Positions 22,286 through 33,494 of a DNA stretch of 64,000 nucleotides are shown piece after piece. This DNA comes from an uncultured Hormoscilla sp. (lineage in GTDB: Bacteria; Cyanobacteriota; Cyanobacteriia; Cyanobacteriales; Desertifilaceae). Location: assembly GCA_963921275.4 (NCBI GenBank), contig OZ001293.3, positions 6,304,001 through 6,368,000 of the forward strand, given 5' to 3'. Both the position numbers and the translations under genes were made by a program. Under the pieces are notes generated by a model that worked only from the letters and a program-made list of their open reading frames with translations, did no database searches and was not told the DNA's origin. Positions within the stretch are counted from its first letter, which is position 1. Every line of letters starts with the position of its first letter.

Positions 22286-23059
22286 TTGATCAGACTTATG
22301 AGTAATTCTCAAATTGCTGGGTTTTCGCAAATCCACATGGGGGGTGCCTCTACTACTATCGATCGAGAGCGCAGTAACACATCGGCTATCTCTGCTGTCG
22401 GGATAGAGATGGTTTTCGGTTCGGGTGCTGCGCGCTTTCAGGCCTTGAAGGGCATCGATCTGCAGATCCAATCGGGCAGTATCCAACTGTTGATGGGGCC
22501 ATCGGGTTCGGGTAAAACTACTTTACTCTCAATTGTAGCTGGGCTGCTGACGCCCACGGCGGGCAGAATCTATCTATTAGGAGAAGAGATTACCCAATTG
22601 TCCCGCACTAAGTTGTCCCGCTTCCGCCTGAAAAACATTGGCTTTATTTTTCAGGGGTTTAACCTGTTTCCGGCCCTGACTGCGGGTGAAAATATTGAAC
22701 TTGCTCTCCATCTTAAAGGCATTCGCGGCAGAACCGCCAGATATCAAGCACGAGAGTTGTTGGCAGCGGTGGGGTTAGGAGATAAAGTTAAGTCCCGCCC
22801 TCGTGACTTGTCTGGGGGACAGAAACAACGGGTCGCGATCGCCCGGGCCTTAGCTGGCAGGCCCCAGTTAATCATGGCCGATGAACCTACTGCTGCTTTA
22901 GACTCCCAGAGTGGACAAAATGTGATTCAATTATTGCGTCAGCTGGCCAAGGAACAAGGCTGCACTGTCTTGATGGTAACCCATGACCCCAGGATTATTG
23001 ATGTGGCCGATCGGGTTGCTTACCTGGAAGATGGTATCCTCAAACCCGAAGGTTCGTAA
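22286..23059 (+). CDS. ABC transporter ATP-binding protein (DevA-like)
   Basis: GPSGSGKT, LSGGQKQRVAIARA, MADEPT. Confidence 0.93.
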   Translation: MIRLMSNSQIAGFSQIHMGGASTTIDRERSNTSAISAVGIEMVFGSGAARFQALKGIDLQIQSGSIQLLMGPSGSGKTTLLSIVAGLLTPTAGRIYLLGEEITQLSRTKLSRFRLKNIGFIFQGFNLFPALTAGENIELALHLKGIRGRTARYQARELLAAVGLGDKVKSRPRDLSGGQKQRVAIARALAGRPQLIMADEPTAALDSQSGQNVIQLLRQLAKEQGCTVLMVTHDPRIIDVADRVAYLEDGILKPEGS

Positions 23060-23065
23060 ATTTAT

Positions 23066-23101
23066 TATTGTAAGATAAATTCATGAATTTATCTTACAAT
23101 A
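23066..23101. repeat. Perfect 36-bp palindrome (sister palindrome at 26371-26396)
   Basis: TATTGTAAGATAAATTCA|TGAATTTATCTTACAATA. Confidence 0.85.
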
Positions 23102-23108
23102 TAATCTT

Positions 23109-25293
23109 TTACTGTCTGCCAAAAGATTCTGGCAAAACAGCCAAAATGCTTTTTGCTGTAGCATTACCTAGTTCTTTGGGCTCCAGTTTGTGAAGCCCGC
23201 CCCCATATACTCGACCCTCACCTGCCAATATTTCTGGGGATATCTCCTGGAGAGCTTGCCACACAACTTTGACAAGCTGCCGATTTATGTTGAGGATTTT
23301 CTCCAGGTTTGGTTTTGGGTAAAGCATCAGATACACATTGGCTGCTGTCGCCCGACTGTGATTCAATATAAATCGGAATGTGAGACCAGTTTTTTGGCCT
23401 TTACGCCCCATATAAGTACAAAGGAACCTAGAAGCAGGACGGTTCTCTTGTAAGTACCAAGGACATCTATGTCTGCACAAATACCGCTGACTATATCCGG
23501 CTTTTACACCTAAAATAAGGTAATTCCAAAGTGCTGGATACTTAGATTTTACCTCCGCTTCTGGCAAATGGCATGCTAGCAAAAATAGTTGCCGATCGAC
23601 CAGGGGATTCCCAGCCAGATCTGCTGCTATCTCCTCTACTGAGAGGTATCGGGGACTGGGTAAAATTGGTTTCAAGAATTCCTCTGGCAGTTGATAGCGA
23701 TCGATCTGTTCTGGGGTGAGGATAAAGAACTGATTTGCCCCGGTTGCTGGATGGGGTCGAGCCGGGAATCGCTTCCCGACCCTCCCTTGAGGAACCGGAC
23801 TTGCGATTTTCACCGCATCCGGCTACTGGGTACTAGGCCCTTTTCATAGGTAGACTTAATAGGAATTACTTCCGTTAGCCCTTGCCGCCTGTCTTTTCTT
23901 CCCTTTCCTGGTTTAGCGAGTGGTTGTTCTGATAACCGTTAGTATCACCATTTTCAAGTCAGTTTTACCAGTTATCCATACCTTATCCTCCACTTGCGTT
24001 TCGGATTAGTTCCGTGGCTTTTTAGGATTACTCATTCCAGCAGCTTCCTAGTATCACCGACCCACGTCAGCGCTGGCTACCCAGCATCATCTACATTACT
24101 GTAGATGTTATCCCAGGAATTACCCCGGGCATTCGCTTCTTGGGCCATCCCTCCCCCCGTGGCTTGCGCTTAACATCTAACTTGTCCTGATGGACAGCAC
24201 ACGAGAGGTTACTTCGTTCCCTAACAACATTTCGCGATACCTTTAGGTCCACACTATACCCCGGGAGCTATTTGAGTACTATATTAGCCAGAGTCTAAAA
24301 CTAATACTAGCTACCATTTCCTTTTTAGGCCAGCGCATATAGCCTTATTTCGCTGGTTCCTTATAACGAGGCTTGCACATGTTTGCCTGCTCTAACCTTG
24401 GATATCTTTCCTAGCGGCGTCACCGGCTTAGGCTGCCAGTTATCCTACATTTGAGTCCTCGCTTAGCACCACGATGATGTCGCTTCGTAGCACCGAGGAC
24501 CGGTGTCACCCCCGTACCTGGGGGGAGGGGAATTTAACCCCCATGCGGTCAGAGTTCCCGGCTAATGAAACCGGGCTAGCGTTCCGTGTTTGACCACGTT
24601 AGGCTAGAACGAATCGCACAAACCCCGCTTGATTGTGAATAGGTCGGATAACTTGAGGGACATGTCATCGCGACTAAATAAATATTCCTCGATCTGTTTT
24701 CCGTAATTTACATCCATAAACTCACTATGAATCAGCCATCCAGCAATAGCATTTTCAGCCATCCAGGCATCTGCTTTGCAGAGAAAATAGCAGTACATCC
24801 CCGCTAATTGACTAAGTTTTATTCCCACTGTTTGATAGGTAATGTTTTGCAGTCGCTGCTTCTCAGTATTGGTCAAATGGTGATGTCTGACATAGGGAGG
24901 ATTGGCAATGATTAGGTTAAATTTTGTGGCGTCAGAACTTGGCGGCGTGGCACGGGTAAAATCGTCAATTTTTAGCTTTAATGGCCTATCTTGCCAAAAC
25001 TCAGACGCTTGCAACCCATAGTCTGGAGAAATTTCATAGCCAACCGCCTCAGCAATCTGTGAAGAAGGAAATGTTTTTAGTAAAGCAGAGTAGAATGAGC
25101 CAGTACCAAAAGCAGGATCCAGAAAGCGAATGTCTCCTGGCAACAGTGCTTTGGCGTATTCTAGCATATCTGTTGCTAGGGCCGTCGGTGTCGCAAATTG
25201 ACCGAGTTTGTTTCTTGAGTGGCGTGTTTTCCTGGAGTCAAGTTCTGCTTGAAGCTGGAGGCGCCTCAATTCAATATTGTTTATTTCTACCAT
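23109..25293 (-). pseudogene. N6-adenine DNA methyltransferase (Eco57I/XamI-type) split by an ORF-less intron; probable internal deletion
   Basis: GQFATP, LDPAFGTGSF, NPPY; splicing restores KRGL-ATGANQFF (437 aa). Confidence 0.8.
23749..24619 (-). mobile_element. ORF-less group II intron (871 nt)
   Basis: 5' GTGCGATTCGTT, domain V AGCCGGATGCGGTGAAAATCGCAAGTCCGGTT, domain VI hairpin; no RT ORF. Confidence 0.92.
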
Positions 25294-25296
25294 TGT

Positions 25297-26260
25297 TTAC
25301 AAGCCAAAATCTGCTAAGTCGTCTATGCGATGTTCCCACACCCAGTCAATGCCTTCGGCAGCTTCGTAACCTAAATAACCACTGTCGAAGTAGCCGCAAA
25401 GAAATAGAACAAAGCGGACCAGATCGCGGTAAGTGTTAATCAATTGAGCTACTTTAGTTGCTTCTTCCTTGCGTCGCTTGTTCGGATTAATAAAATCACC
25501 AGCACATTTGGCTTCAATAAGTAGTGGAAAGTCGCCAGAAGTAGAGTGGAAAGGCATAATCACAACGTCAATGGGGAGCTTGATGTTTTTAGTGCGTCCC
25601 CGTTGAATCGCTGGGAGGTTAACTCGAAAGGAAAAGGAGCCAGGATTCATCCCATCTCCGGGAAACTCTTTGCTTACCTTAAGGTAAGAATAGCCTCGCC
25701 CTTCTAGCCACTGTTTAATGGTAGCAAGCTGTCTTTGCTCTTGTGAATTGCGAATAATTGGGTCAGCTACCGCACCACATAAACGATCGGCAACAATTGT
25801 TGCTGCCCGATAAATCTCTGCATTGGTTGGGCGTCTGTTGATTATCCAACCACGGAAAGATGTCTTTGTCAGCTAGGCGTGTAATTATCTGACCAATGCG
25901 CTCCAGATCGGTATCAACTGCTGTTCGTTCCATCCGAGGTGGAATTCGCTGGTTAACTTCCATAGTTTTGACTAGGTTAGGGGAGACTCCAGCTAGACCG
26001 ATGAGGCGATCGCGGGCAATGGGTGGTGCTGTAGCCATGCGCAGCATAGGTAGCACAGAGGGATATTGCCTCAGCACAGCTGACGTGATGTTAGTCAGAT
26101 TAGCCGTCTGCGCCAAAGCCGACTCAACTTGCTTAGTAGTTTCAACGCGAGTGTCGCGGTATGCTAAGGGAGCAAATTGCATGAACCAATTGTTGTAAAA
26201 GTCTACCGATTGAGCAATATCTGACTTCCATCGATGGGGCTTATCCGCGTTTACTGCCAT
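25297..26260 (-). pseudogene. XamI-family type II restriction endonuclease, frameshifted near 25830
   Basis: MAVNADKPHRWKSDIAQSVDFYN..; shifted frame DRLCGAVADPIIRN..IEAKCAGDFINPNKRRKEEA. Confidence 0.8.
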
Positions 26261-26517
26261 AATCTACCTAATTCAATCGATTCTGTATAATGCGGATTAA
26301 CCTACTGCTGATTTATACTTCCAGAAGACACAAGGTGATTGAGTTACTGCGTCTTTTTTACCCATTACATTAGGATAAATTTATAAATTTATCCTACTAT
26401 ATAATCTTTTTATTCATCATTTCTTTTACTATACTCCGAGCGGCAAGGACTTGCGTTTTTTGCGCCCCAGAGGCGAAAAGGCGAAAACCCCTTCTGTGTC
26501 TTGGTTTAGGCGACCAA

Positions 26518-26636
26518 AGCTGGCCAAGGAACAAGGCTGCACTGTCTTGATGGTAACTCATGACCCCAGGATTATCGATGTGGCCGATCGGGTTGCTTAC
26601 CTGGAAGATGGTATCCTCAAGCCAGAACGTTCTTAG
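26518..26636 (+). repeat. 119-bp duplicate of the ABC ATPase 3' end (22941-23059)
   Basis: LAKEQGCTVLMVTHDPRIIDVADRVAYLEDGILKPE repeated. Confidence 0.92.
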
Positions 26637-26713
26637 GTCTCCCACAGATGTAGATGATAGATGTGCTGTGATTTTAGGAGATCGCCAAATCTGCAGTTTA
26701 GAGGCGCGACGGC

Positions 26714-27472
26714 TTACTTCCTCCTCAAAAAACCATTCCAATTCCACGTGGCATTGAATCCAAACATATCCGTATAGCGGGAATCAACCCAGTAATCCTT
26801 GCCGTAAACCTCCATCACTTTTTCCAGTTCCTTGAGTTTCCCCATCCCAAAGGGAATATACTCCATATCCTCAAACAAACCCATCCCCGATACTGCTGGA
26901 GAATCGGGGTTGGTATCCTCAACAATGAAATAGTCGCCGCTTTGCATCCCTTTGTGGAAAAATTCTAACGATCCTATGATGTTAATATGAGCATCTTCAA
27001 TTACCAGCCAGGGATGAGGACACTTTGCTAACAACTGTTCGGGGAAAACCAGCTCGATTTTATTGATATCGCCTTCTATGAAGGTAATTTTGGGGTGATT
27101 TTTAACGATATCTTCGGGAAGACTGCTATCGATATCAACGGTGTAGATATGTCCTGCAATTTCTAAGGTATTCAACAAATCTCCCATCCACAAAGCAGTT
27201 CCGCCAGTATAGGTTCCTAATTCAAAGATGGTTTGAGGGGAAACTTCGGATATTAATTGTTGGTAAATAACCAGATCGAGCGGATCTTTGAAAACTTCAA
27301 CGCCTCTCCAATGGCTCATATATTTCCCACCAGAGATCGATTGAATGGCCGCGAAGGGGAGATCGCTGCGATGCTCTCGTTGAGAAAATTCTACAAAACG
27401 GTGACGCTCTTTGTTTGCTAAAGAGGACTGCACTCGTTCTTTGAAGGTTTGATAATCTGTATCGTCTTTCAT
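26714..27472 (-). CDS. CmcI (cephalosporin hydroxylase)-family methyltransferase-like protein
   Basis: WRGV..KDPLDLVIYQQLI..ELGTYTGG, LVIEDAH, IVEDT. Confidence 0.85.
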   Translation of the reverse strand: MKDDTDYQTFKERVQSSLANKERHRFVEFSQREHRSDLPFAAIQSISGGKYMSHWRGVEVFKDPLDLVIYQQLISEVSPQTIFELGTYTGGTALWMGDLLNTLEIAGHIYTVDIDSSLPEDIVKNHPKITFIEGDINKIELVFPEQLLAKCPHPWLVIEDAHINIIGSLEFFHKGMQSGDYFIVEDTNPDSPAVSGMGLFEDMEYIPFGMGKLKELEKVMEVYGKDYWVDSRYTDMFGFNATWNWNGFLRRK

Positions 27473-27524
27473 GGGTGTGACTGTTTCTTGTTAAATCAAA
27501 CTTTGCCAACGACCGCGGGAGCAA

Positions 27525-28502
27525 TTATTTGGGAGTTGCAAAAATTTCTGGATTCAGCAAGCTCCCTGGGCGACGGTTTTCTAGAAGATCGCGAATCACT
27601 TGCAATGCTTCTCGATCGAGCCGGATATCTGCTTCCCGAGTATAGTAGGCAAAATGGGGTGAGAGAATCACGTTTTCCATCTGTAGCAATGGATGGTTGG
27701 GAGGTAAAGGTTCTTGCGAAAAGACATCTAACCCCGCTCCGGCAAGGCGATCGCCCTCCAATGCTTCAATGAGTGCGACTTCCTCTACCACTTCTCCTCT
27801 AGCAACATTCAACAGAAAGGCTGAAGATTTCATTTTTGCAAAGGACTCGCGATCGATTAGATTTTTAGTTTCTGGTGTCAGACAACAGTGAATCGAGATA
27901 AAATCGGAACGGGTTAAAAGTTCGTCGAGTTCGACAAATGCGATCGCTTCAACGTCTGCCGATTCCTGCGATACATAAGGATCGTACCCGAGGATATTCA
28001 TATCGAAACCGCGACACCGCCGAGCCATTGCTTTTCCTGTCCGACCGCAACCTACTAACCCGATAGTTTTACCAAAAACATCGGTTCCTGCATACTGAAA
28101 ATCCGGCCACAGCCAACTTTCCCTTCGCATTTTGCCATCGAGCTCGACGACTTTTCTCGCTAAAGCCAACATTAACCCAAAGGTAAAATCAGCAAGGGTG
28201 TTTGTCCCGTAGTTCGGACAGTTGACGACTGGAATATTGTACTCTGTGGCTGCATCAATATCGATATTATCTACCCCAACACCCCACATGATAATGCCTT
28301 TTAAGGCTTTAGCAGTTTCGATTACTTTGCGCGTGACTTTAGCATAGCAAACCACCAGTAGTTCGGCATCGCCAATATGACCGATGATTGTTTCTTCGCG
28401 ATCGTCTTCTGTGGCGACAACGTTTGCTATTTCATTTAACTCTTCAGCCACATGGCGAAGCATATACATATTGGCATCCGTTGTCACAATTTTTGGTTTC
28501 AT
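27525..28502 (-). CDS. D-isomer 2-hydroxyacid dehydrogenase (SerA-like)
   Basis: GVGVDNID, GLVGCGRTG, NVARG, LDVF..EP, SPH. Confidence 0.9.
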   Translation of the reverse strand: MKPKIVTTDANMYMLRHVAEELNEIANVVATEDDREETIIGHIGDAELLVVCYAKVTRKVIETAKALKGIIMWGVGVDNIDIDAATEYNIPVVNCPNYGTNTLADFTFGLMLALARKVVELDGKMRRESWLWPDFQYAGTDVFGKTIGLVGCGRTGKAMARRCRGFDMNILGYDPYVSQESADVEAIAFVELDELLTRSDFISIHCCLTPETKNLIDRESFAKMKSSAFLLNVARGEVVEEVALIEALEGDRLAGAGLDVFSQEPLPPNHPLLQMENVILSPHFAYYTREADIRLDREALQVIRDLLENRRPGSLLNPEIFATPK

Positions 28503-28533
28503 TCTCGTGCTTTGCCTGCTCCGATAACAACAA

Positions 28534-29259
28534 TTAAGGTTTTTTACAAATTAATACTCGCCGCCAAGAAGTGGCTTCATCAAACGCCGAACCCAACAAA
28601 TCTCCGTAGCGTTCGACGATTTTAAATCCCGTTTCCGCGAGCTGTTCTTCTAGGCGATCGGGAGAATAGAGAAACTCATCGCACATAACTTCTGTCCGTT
28701 CAAAGCCTTCCGAACCAGCCCGAAAAATATGCCATGCTTCTCGCCAACAATTGTCTGTTTTTGAGCTTTGGATCACCACAACAATCGAGCGATCCTCATT
28801 GGTATGAACTTCCTGTGTTCCCTCGCTATTCTTGACTTCTACTAAATGATTTGGTAATTCCAGAAAAAGCATTCCTCCCGGCGTTAAATGTTCGTAAGTA
28901 CGTTGCAAACATTCTCCAATCTCTTCATTGTTTTGCAGGAGGACTAAGGTGGAACTTAAAATTAGAATTGTCTCAAAACTTTTTTGAAGATTGTACGATC
29001 GCATATCCCCTTGATGCAGTTTTAAGTTAGGCTCTTTCCCCTGAGTCACCTTAATCATTTCTTGGCTAATTTCTAGCCCTTCAATTTTAAACCCCTTCTG
29101 CTTTATCGGAATGGTAAATAACCCAGAGCCGCATCCCAGTTATAAAATCTCTTGCGGTTTATATTTCTGTAAAATATCAATCACAAAAGGAACTTTTTCG
29201 TTGATATCCGTATATACCAAATCGTAAGCATCATTGATGTTATCGTAGGTCGTCATCAT
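28534..29259 (-). pseudogene. Class I SAM methyltransferase with in-frame TAA (29140-29142)
   Basis: MMTTYDNI..EIL*LGCGSG.. continuing in frame into the 174-aa ORF. Confidence 0.8.
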
Positions 29260-29365
29260 CTTACCTCATTCTTGCAAAAATAAACTTTTTTCTTCGGTAC
29301 TTGCTTGAACTGTCAGTTTATAGGAACGAAGCCTTGCGTAGCAAGGCTGGAGGGCATTATAGCTC

Positions 29366-30532
29366 TTATTTTGTGAAGTAATCGCGCAAGCGGTCAATTC
29401 CTTCATTATAGCGATCGTTACAAAAACTGAGCCTCAAACCATTGGGAATGCCAAAATCCGTACCGGGTACTGTGGCAACGTAGACAGTCTTGGCAATGTC
29501 TATTACCAGTTCTTTAGAAGAGTTCATCCCTTTTTCTTTCACCCAGCGATCGCAATCTAAGACAATATAAAATCCTCCTTCGGACTTGATTGGATCGCAC
29601 CCCGTACCTTTCAGTTGAGCATAAGAATATTCCGCGCGAGACTTATAAATCTTTGTCAATTCTTTCGGTGCTTCCAAATCCTGTAAAGCTGCGATCGCGC
29701 CGTACTGATTCACCGGATCGTGAGTCAGGAGAGTATGTTGCTGCACGATCCGCATCGGCATCACCAACGTATCTGGTAAAATCGCATACCCTACCCGTTT
29801 AGTATACATCCGAAATCCCTTGGAAAACGCATTTGTAACGATATTGACATCCCTGAATTCATCAAGATAAGCCAGAGGAGATTTATACTCGTCATAAAAC
29901 AGAGTATTATTGTAAATCTCGTCATTCATGATATAGAAACGCCCAGCAATGATGCGATTTATTTCCTGAATTTCCTCTTGACTAATCACATTACCCAAGG
30001 GGTTGCCCGGATTATTTAAAACGACGACCGCCGTTCGATCGGGCTTGTAGTTTTTCTTGAACGAATCAAAATCAATCTTCCGGCTTTGATAATCAATATC
30101 ATAATAAGATATCTCAGCCCCCGCTAAAATTGCACTCAGCAAGTAAAGACAATAATAGGGCTTTGGCAGTAAAATTTCTTGACCCGGTTGACACAAGAGT
30201 TGAAAAAGATTCCTGAAAATCGAACTTGTTCCTACATTGACAATGACATTCTCAGATTTCGCGTTCATATGGTATTGGTCATTGTAGTAGTTGGCGATCG
30301 CTTGCCTCAATTCCGGGATTCCTTGAGGGAAGACACGATGATTTTTTTGGAAATCAAAGATTGTATCGGCAAATACTTGACGCACTTTTTGAGGAATTTC
30401 CAACTCAGAAATCCCAATTGTTAGCTTGATGACATCCTTCTGATTTGCTAATAGCTCATCAGCGAATTCATCCAGTACAAACATCTGAAATTCTAGTTCT
30501 GAGGCCGAAAGTTACTTAATATTCTTTACCAT
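29366..30532 (-). CDS. PLP-dependent class I/II aminotransferase (TAA at codon 7; may restart at 30484)
   Basis: NNPGNPLG, NDEIY, AFSKGFRM..RVGY; RBS-preceded ATG at 30532. Confidence 0.8.
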
Positions 30533-30699
30533 TTTACTCTTCCTAATTTTCTTGTCGTTTTGCTCTTCAATAATCCTGGCTGATTCAGGATTATTAATTT
30601 CAGGTTCGACTTGAAATTCTGAGAACATTCAAGTATTCAGTTTGCCGAACATTTTCATTATACCATTGAGGCGTTTGTTAAATAACTGTTGAGGGTTAT

Positions 30700-32091
30700 T
30701 TATTTCTTCCGATAGACAATAATATGAAAGGGGGCACCTTCAAACATATATTCTTGCTGAGAAATTAAAGTCCAAGGAAGCTGAGTAAATGCCTCTTGCA
30801 TCGGTTTATTGGATAACCGTACTGTCAAAATAAATATTCCTCCTGGTTTCAACAGAGGTAATAGGTGATGTAAACCGGCAGGACTGGCATGACCATAGGT
30901 AAATACCCCTATCGCTAGAATAGCATCAAAAGACTCTTCCTCCAAGAAAGTTAGGGGTTCTTCTAAGTTTGCTTGCTGCAATGCTTTGTATACCTGCTTA
31001 TTTCTCGCAATCTCTAGCATTTCTTGAGAGAGGTCAATAGCAGTAATGTTGTTGTATCCTAATTTTGCTAATGCTTCACCGACCATTCCCGCCATTCCCG
31101 AACCTGCACCAGCATCAAGAATGGCAATTTCCTCATCAGGTGATAACTGTTTCAAAAGACTGGCTGCATTCCGAGGCATTATTTGCCAAGACTTACCAAT
31201 ATCACTTTCATAGAGTCTCGCCCAAGCATCATATTTACTTTCAATCTCTTCTGTATTCTGGTTCTCGTGTATCCAAGTCAGGCGATCGCTCACTTTTTCT
31301 GCCAGAAAGAAACTCCAGGAGAGTTCCTTCGCCGAAATTGCCTCGCAGATTCCATCGTATGCTGCACTCAGGGAAGGATATTGGGACTTAGCTAGCCCGG
31401 AGAGTAACTCATAGCTTTTGTGCAGATGTTCCCTTAAGTCTTTTGACTCCAATACCATCAACCCTAGCTGACTCAATTCATCTATATATTCCGAATGGCT
31501 GTATGTTGGTTCAAATAACAGGCGATCGTATACGTACTTCCGCGCTTGTTCCCCCATTTCTTTTACTGGCGTTACCAAGTCATCAAATATCAATATACCG
31601 CCTTCTTTGAGTACCCGATGGATTTCCTGCAACCCCTGATGGCGATCTGGAACTTTGCATATTGTTGCTTGACTCCATGCATGGGTAAATTCACCTGATG
31701 CAAACGGCAGGTCAGTCACCAACTCTTTCTGGAATTATAGGCGCAGTTCCCGATATTCCTTCCCCTTCGATCTGGCATTCTCTATCCGCACCTCGCTAAT
31801 ATCAATTCCCACCACTTCACATCCCGTCTGCTGGGCCAACCATACCGCCATATTTCCATTTCCGCAACCGATATTCAGAACGCGAGATGATGCATCTATT
31901 CTGCTTTTCGATAGCATATATTCATTCCAGCGCTTACTGGCTGGGACCAAGTCTTCTGCGGATACTTGGATCCCCTTCTCGAAATAGCCCCACTTCTGAC
32001 TCCCCTCTGAGTCTCCTAAACTCCTGTATAAACTGTCTTCGGCATCGTCAAATGCCTTTCTCTCCGCTTCTGTGAACTTGCTTTTTGTCAT
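30700..32091 (-). pseudogene. Two-domain SAM methyltransferase with in-frame TAA (31735-31737)
   Basis: VLNIGCGNG and ILDAGAGSG motifs; two ORFs in the same frame. Confidence 0.8.
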
Positions 32092-32377
32092 CTTTCTTCC
32101 ACCCGCATCTCTTTATCCTCCAGGGTTTCTTCTACCGAACTTGGTTGCATACCTTGGTTCTTTCGCCCCTTACTCCCTTCCGCCGGCACCTACCTTTCAT
32201 CTCTATTCTCTACCCCGCTGTCGCCGGTCCCGATCTCCGGGGTCTCCTTACTTATCTTCTCAAACATTTCCCTGCTTGTCAACTCCCCTGCCTAAATTCG
32301 GTAATTTTCTCCCTGTTTCCCACCTTCTGCTGGTCCTCTCATTTTGATTTGACTATTTCGTCAACATTGACTATCCC
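31979..32377. repeat. Degenerate tandem copy of 32411-32897 (reductase 3' end + methyltransferase 5' end)
   Basis: MTKSKFTEAE..DAEDSLYRS occurs twice; reductase tail copy is heavily diverged. Confidence 0.8.
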
Positions 32378-32519
32378 ATTCCTAGCCTGTCCTTTGCTTG
32401 GGTTCCGTTCTCGAAATAACCCCAGTGCAGACTCCCTTCTGAGTCCCAAAAACTTCTGTATAGACTGTCTTCGGCATCGTAAAATGCCTCTGTCTCCGCT
32501 TCTGTGAACTTGCTTTTTG

Positions 32520-33494
32520 TCATCTTTGGACAATCTCCATCTCTTTTACTATATCCCGCAATGTTTCTTCTACGCTACGGGGTTGCCAACCCAATTCCTG
32601 ACGCGCTTTACTCGCGGACACCCGCACGCACCTGTCATATATATAATGTACTCGCTCCCGACTCAGGGGTGGCTGCCACGATAACAGCTTTCCTATGGGT
32701 TCTAGCAGGTTCCCTATTACTCGCACCAATGGTTTTGGTGCCTCTGCCGGTACTGCTATCCCCGTCTCCTTACTCAAGATATCAAACATTTCTCTGGTTG
32801 TCAAGTCCCCTGCCGAAATTATGTAATGTTCTCCCTGTTTTCCCCCTTCTGCTGCCAATATCGCAGCCTTGACTAGGTCGTCAACATGAACTATCCCCGT
32901 GATCCGATCGCCCCCTGCCCACAGCTTCAACCTCCCTTGCATAAATTGGGCAATTACCGGACCAAAATGGGGGTCACCTGCACCCATAATTCCCGATGGT
33001 AACACGCTTACTACTGGCAAGCCCTGCTGGGCAAATTCATCCACTAACTGTTGCGCCAGATATTTCGTGCGATCGTATGCTGAAGCAAAGTCTTTCTGTT
33101 TCCTGACAAAAGTTTCATTTACCGCCTCTCCTTTCGTGTCCCCAAACACCCCGATCGTGCTACAATAAACCAGCTTCTGCACCCCAGCAGCTTTTGCCAC
33201 TTCTAACACGGCGCGGGTTCCCTCGACATTCACCCGTGCCATTTCGGCAGCATTAACCAACCCTAATTCTACATAAGCTGCCGCGTGAAACACCCAGTCT
33301 ACCGAGGCGATCGCCCCCTTAATTGCTTCCGTGTCAGTAATATCCCCATAAACCAATTGTACCTGATAACCTTGCAAACGCTGTAAATTGCTGGTCTGGC
33401 GGACTAAACCAATTACCTCGTCACCGCGTTTCTCTAACTCTTTGACCAAGTGAGAGCCAGTAAATCCATTTGCTCCAGTTACCAGTACCTTCAT
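32520..33494 (-). CDS. NAD(P)-dependent epimerase/dehydratase (extended SDR; candidate keto-reductase)
   Basis: TGANGFTG, YDRTK; ATGA overlaps with both neighbours. Confidence 0.9.
   Translation of the reverse strand: MKVLVTGANGFTGSHLVKELEKRGDEVIGLVRQTSNLQRLQGYQVQLVYGDITDTEAIKGAIASVDWVFHAAAYVELGLVNAAEMARVNVEGTRAVLEVAKAAGVQKLVYCSTIGVFGDTKGEAVNETFVRKQKDFASAYDRTKYLAQQLVDEFAQQGLPVVSVLPSGIMGAGDPHFGPVIAQFMQGRLKLWAGGDRITGIVHVDDLVKAAILAAEGGKQGEHYIISAGDLTTREMFDILSKETGIAVPAEAPKPLVRVIGNLLEPIGKLLSWQPPLSRERVHYIYDRCVRVSASKARQELGWQPRSVEETLRDIVKEMEIVQR

Noticed and set aside
23749..23813. N-terminus MKIASPVPQGR.. of the 234-aa ORF
   Set aside because: It is translated intron domain V/VI, not real protein
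31979..32897. DGR template/variable repeat pair driven by the RT
   Set aside because: Differences involve all bases plus indels rather than adenines only; the RT is a typical intron-encoded protein inside a full ribozyme
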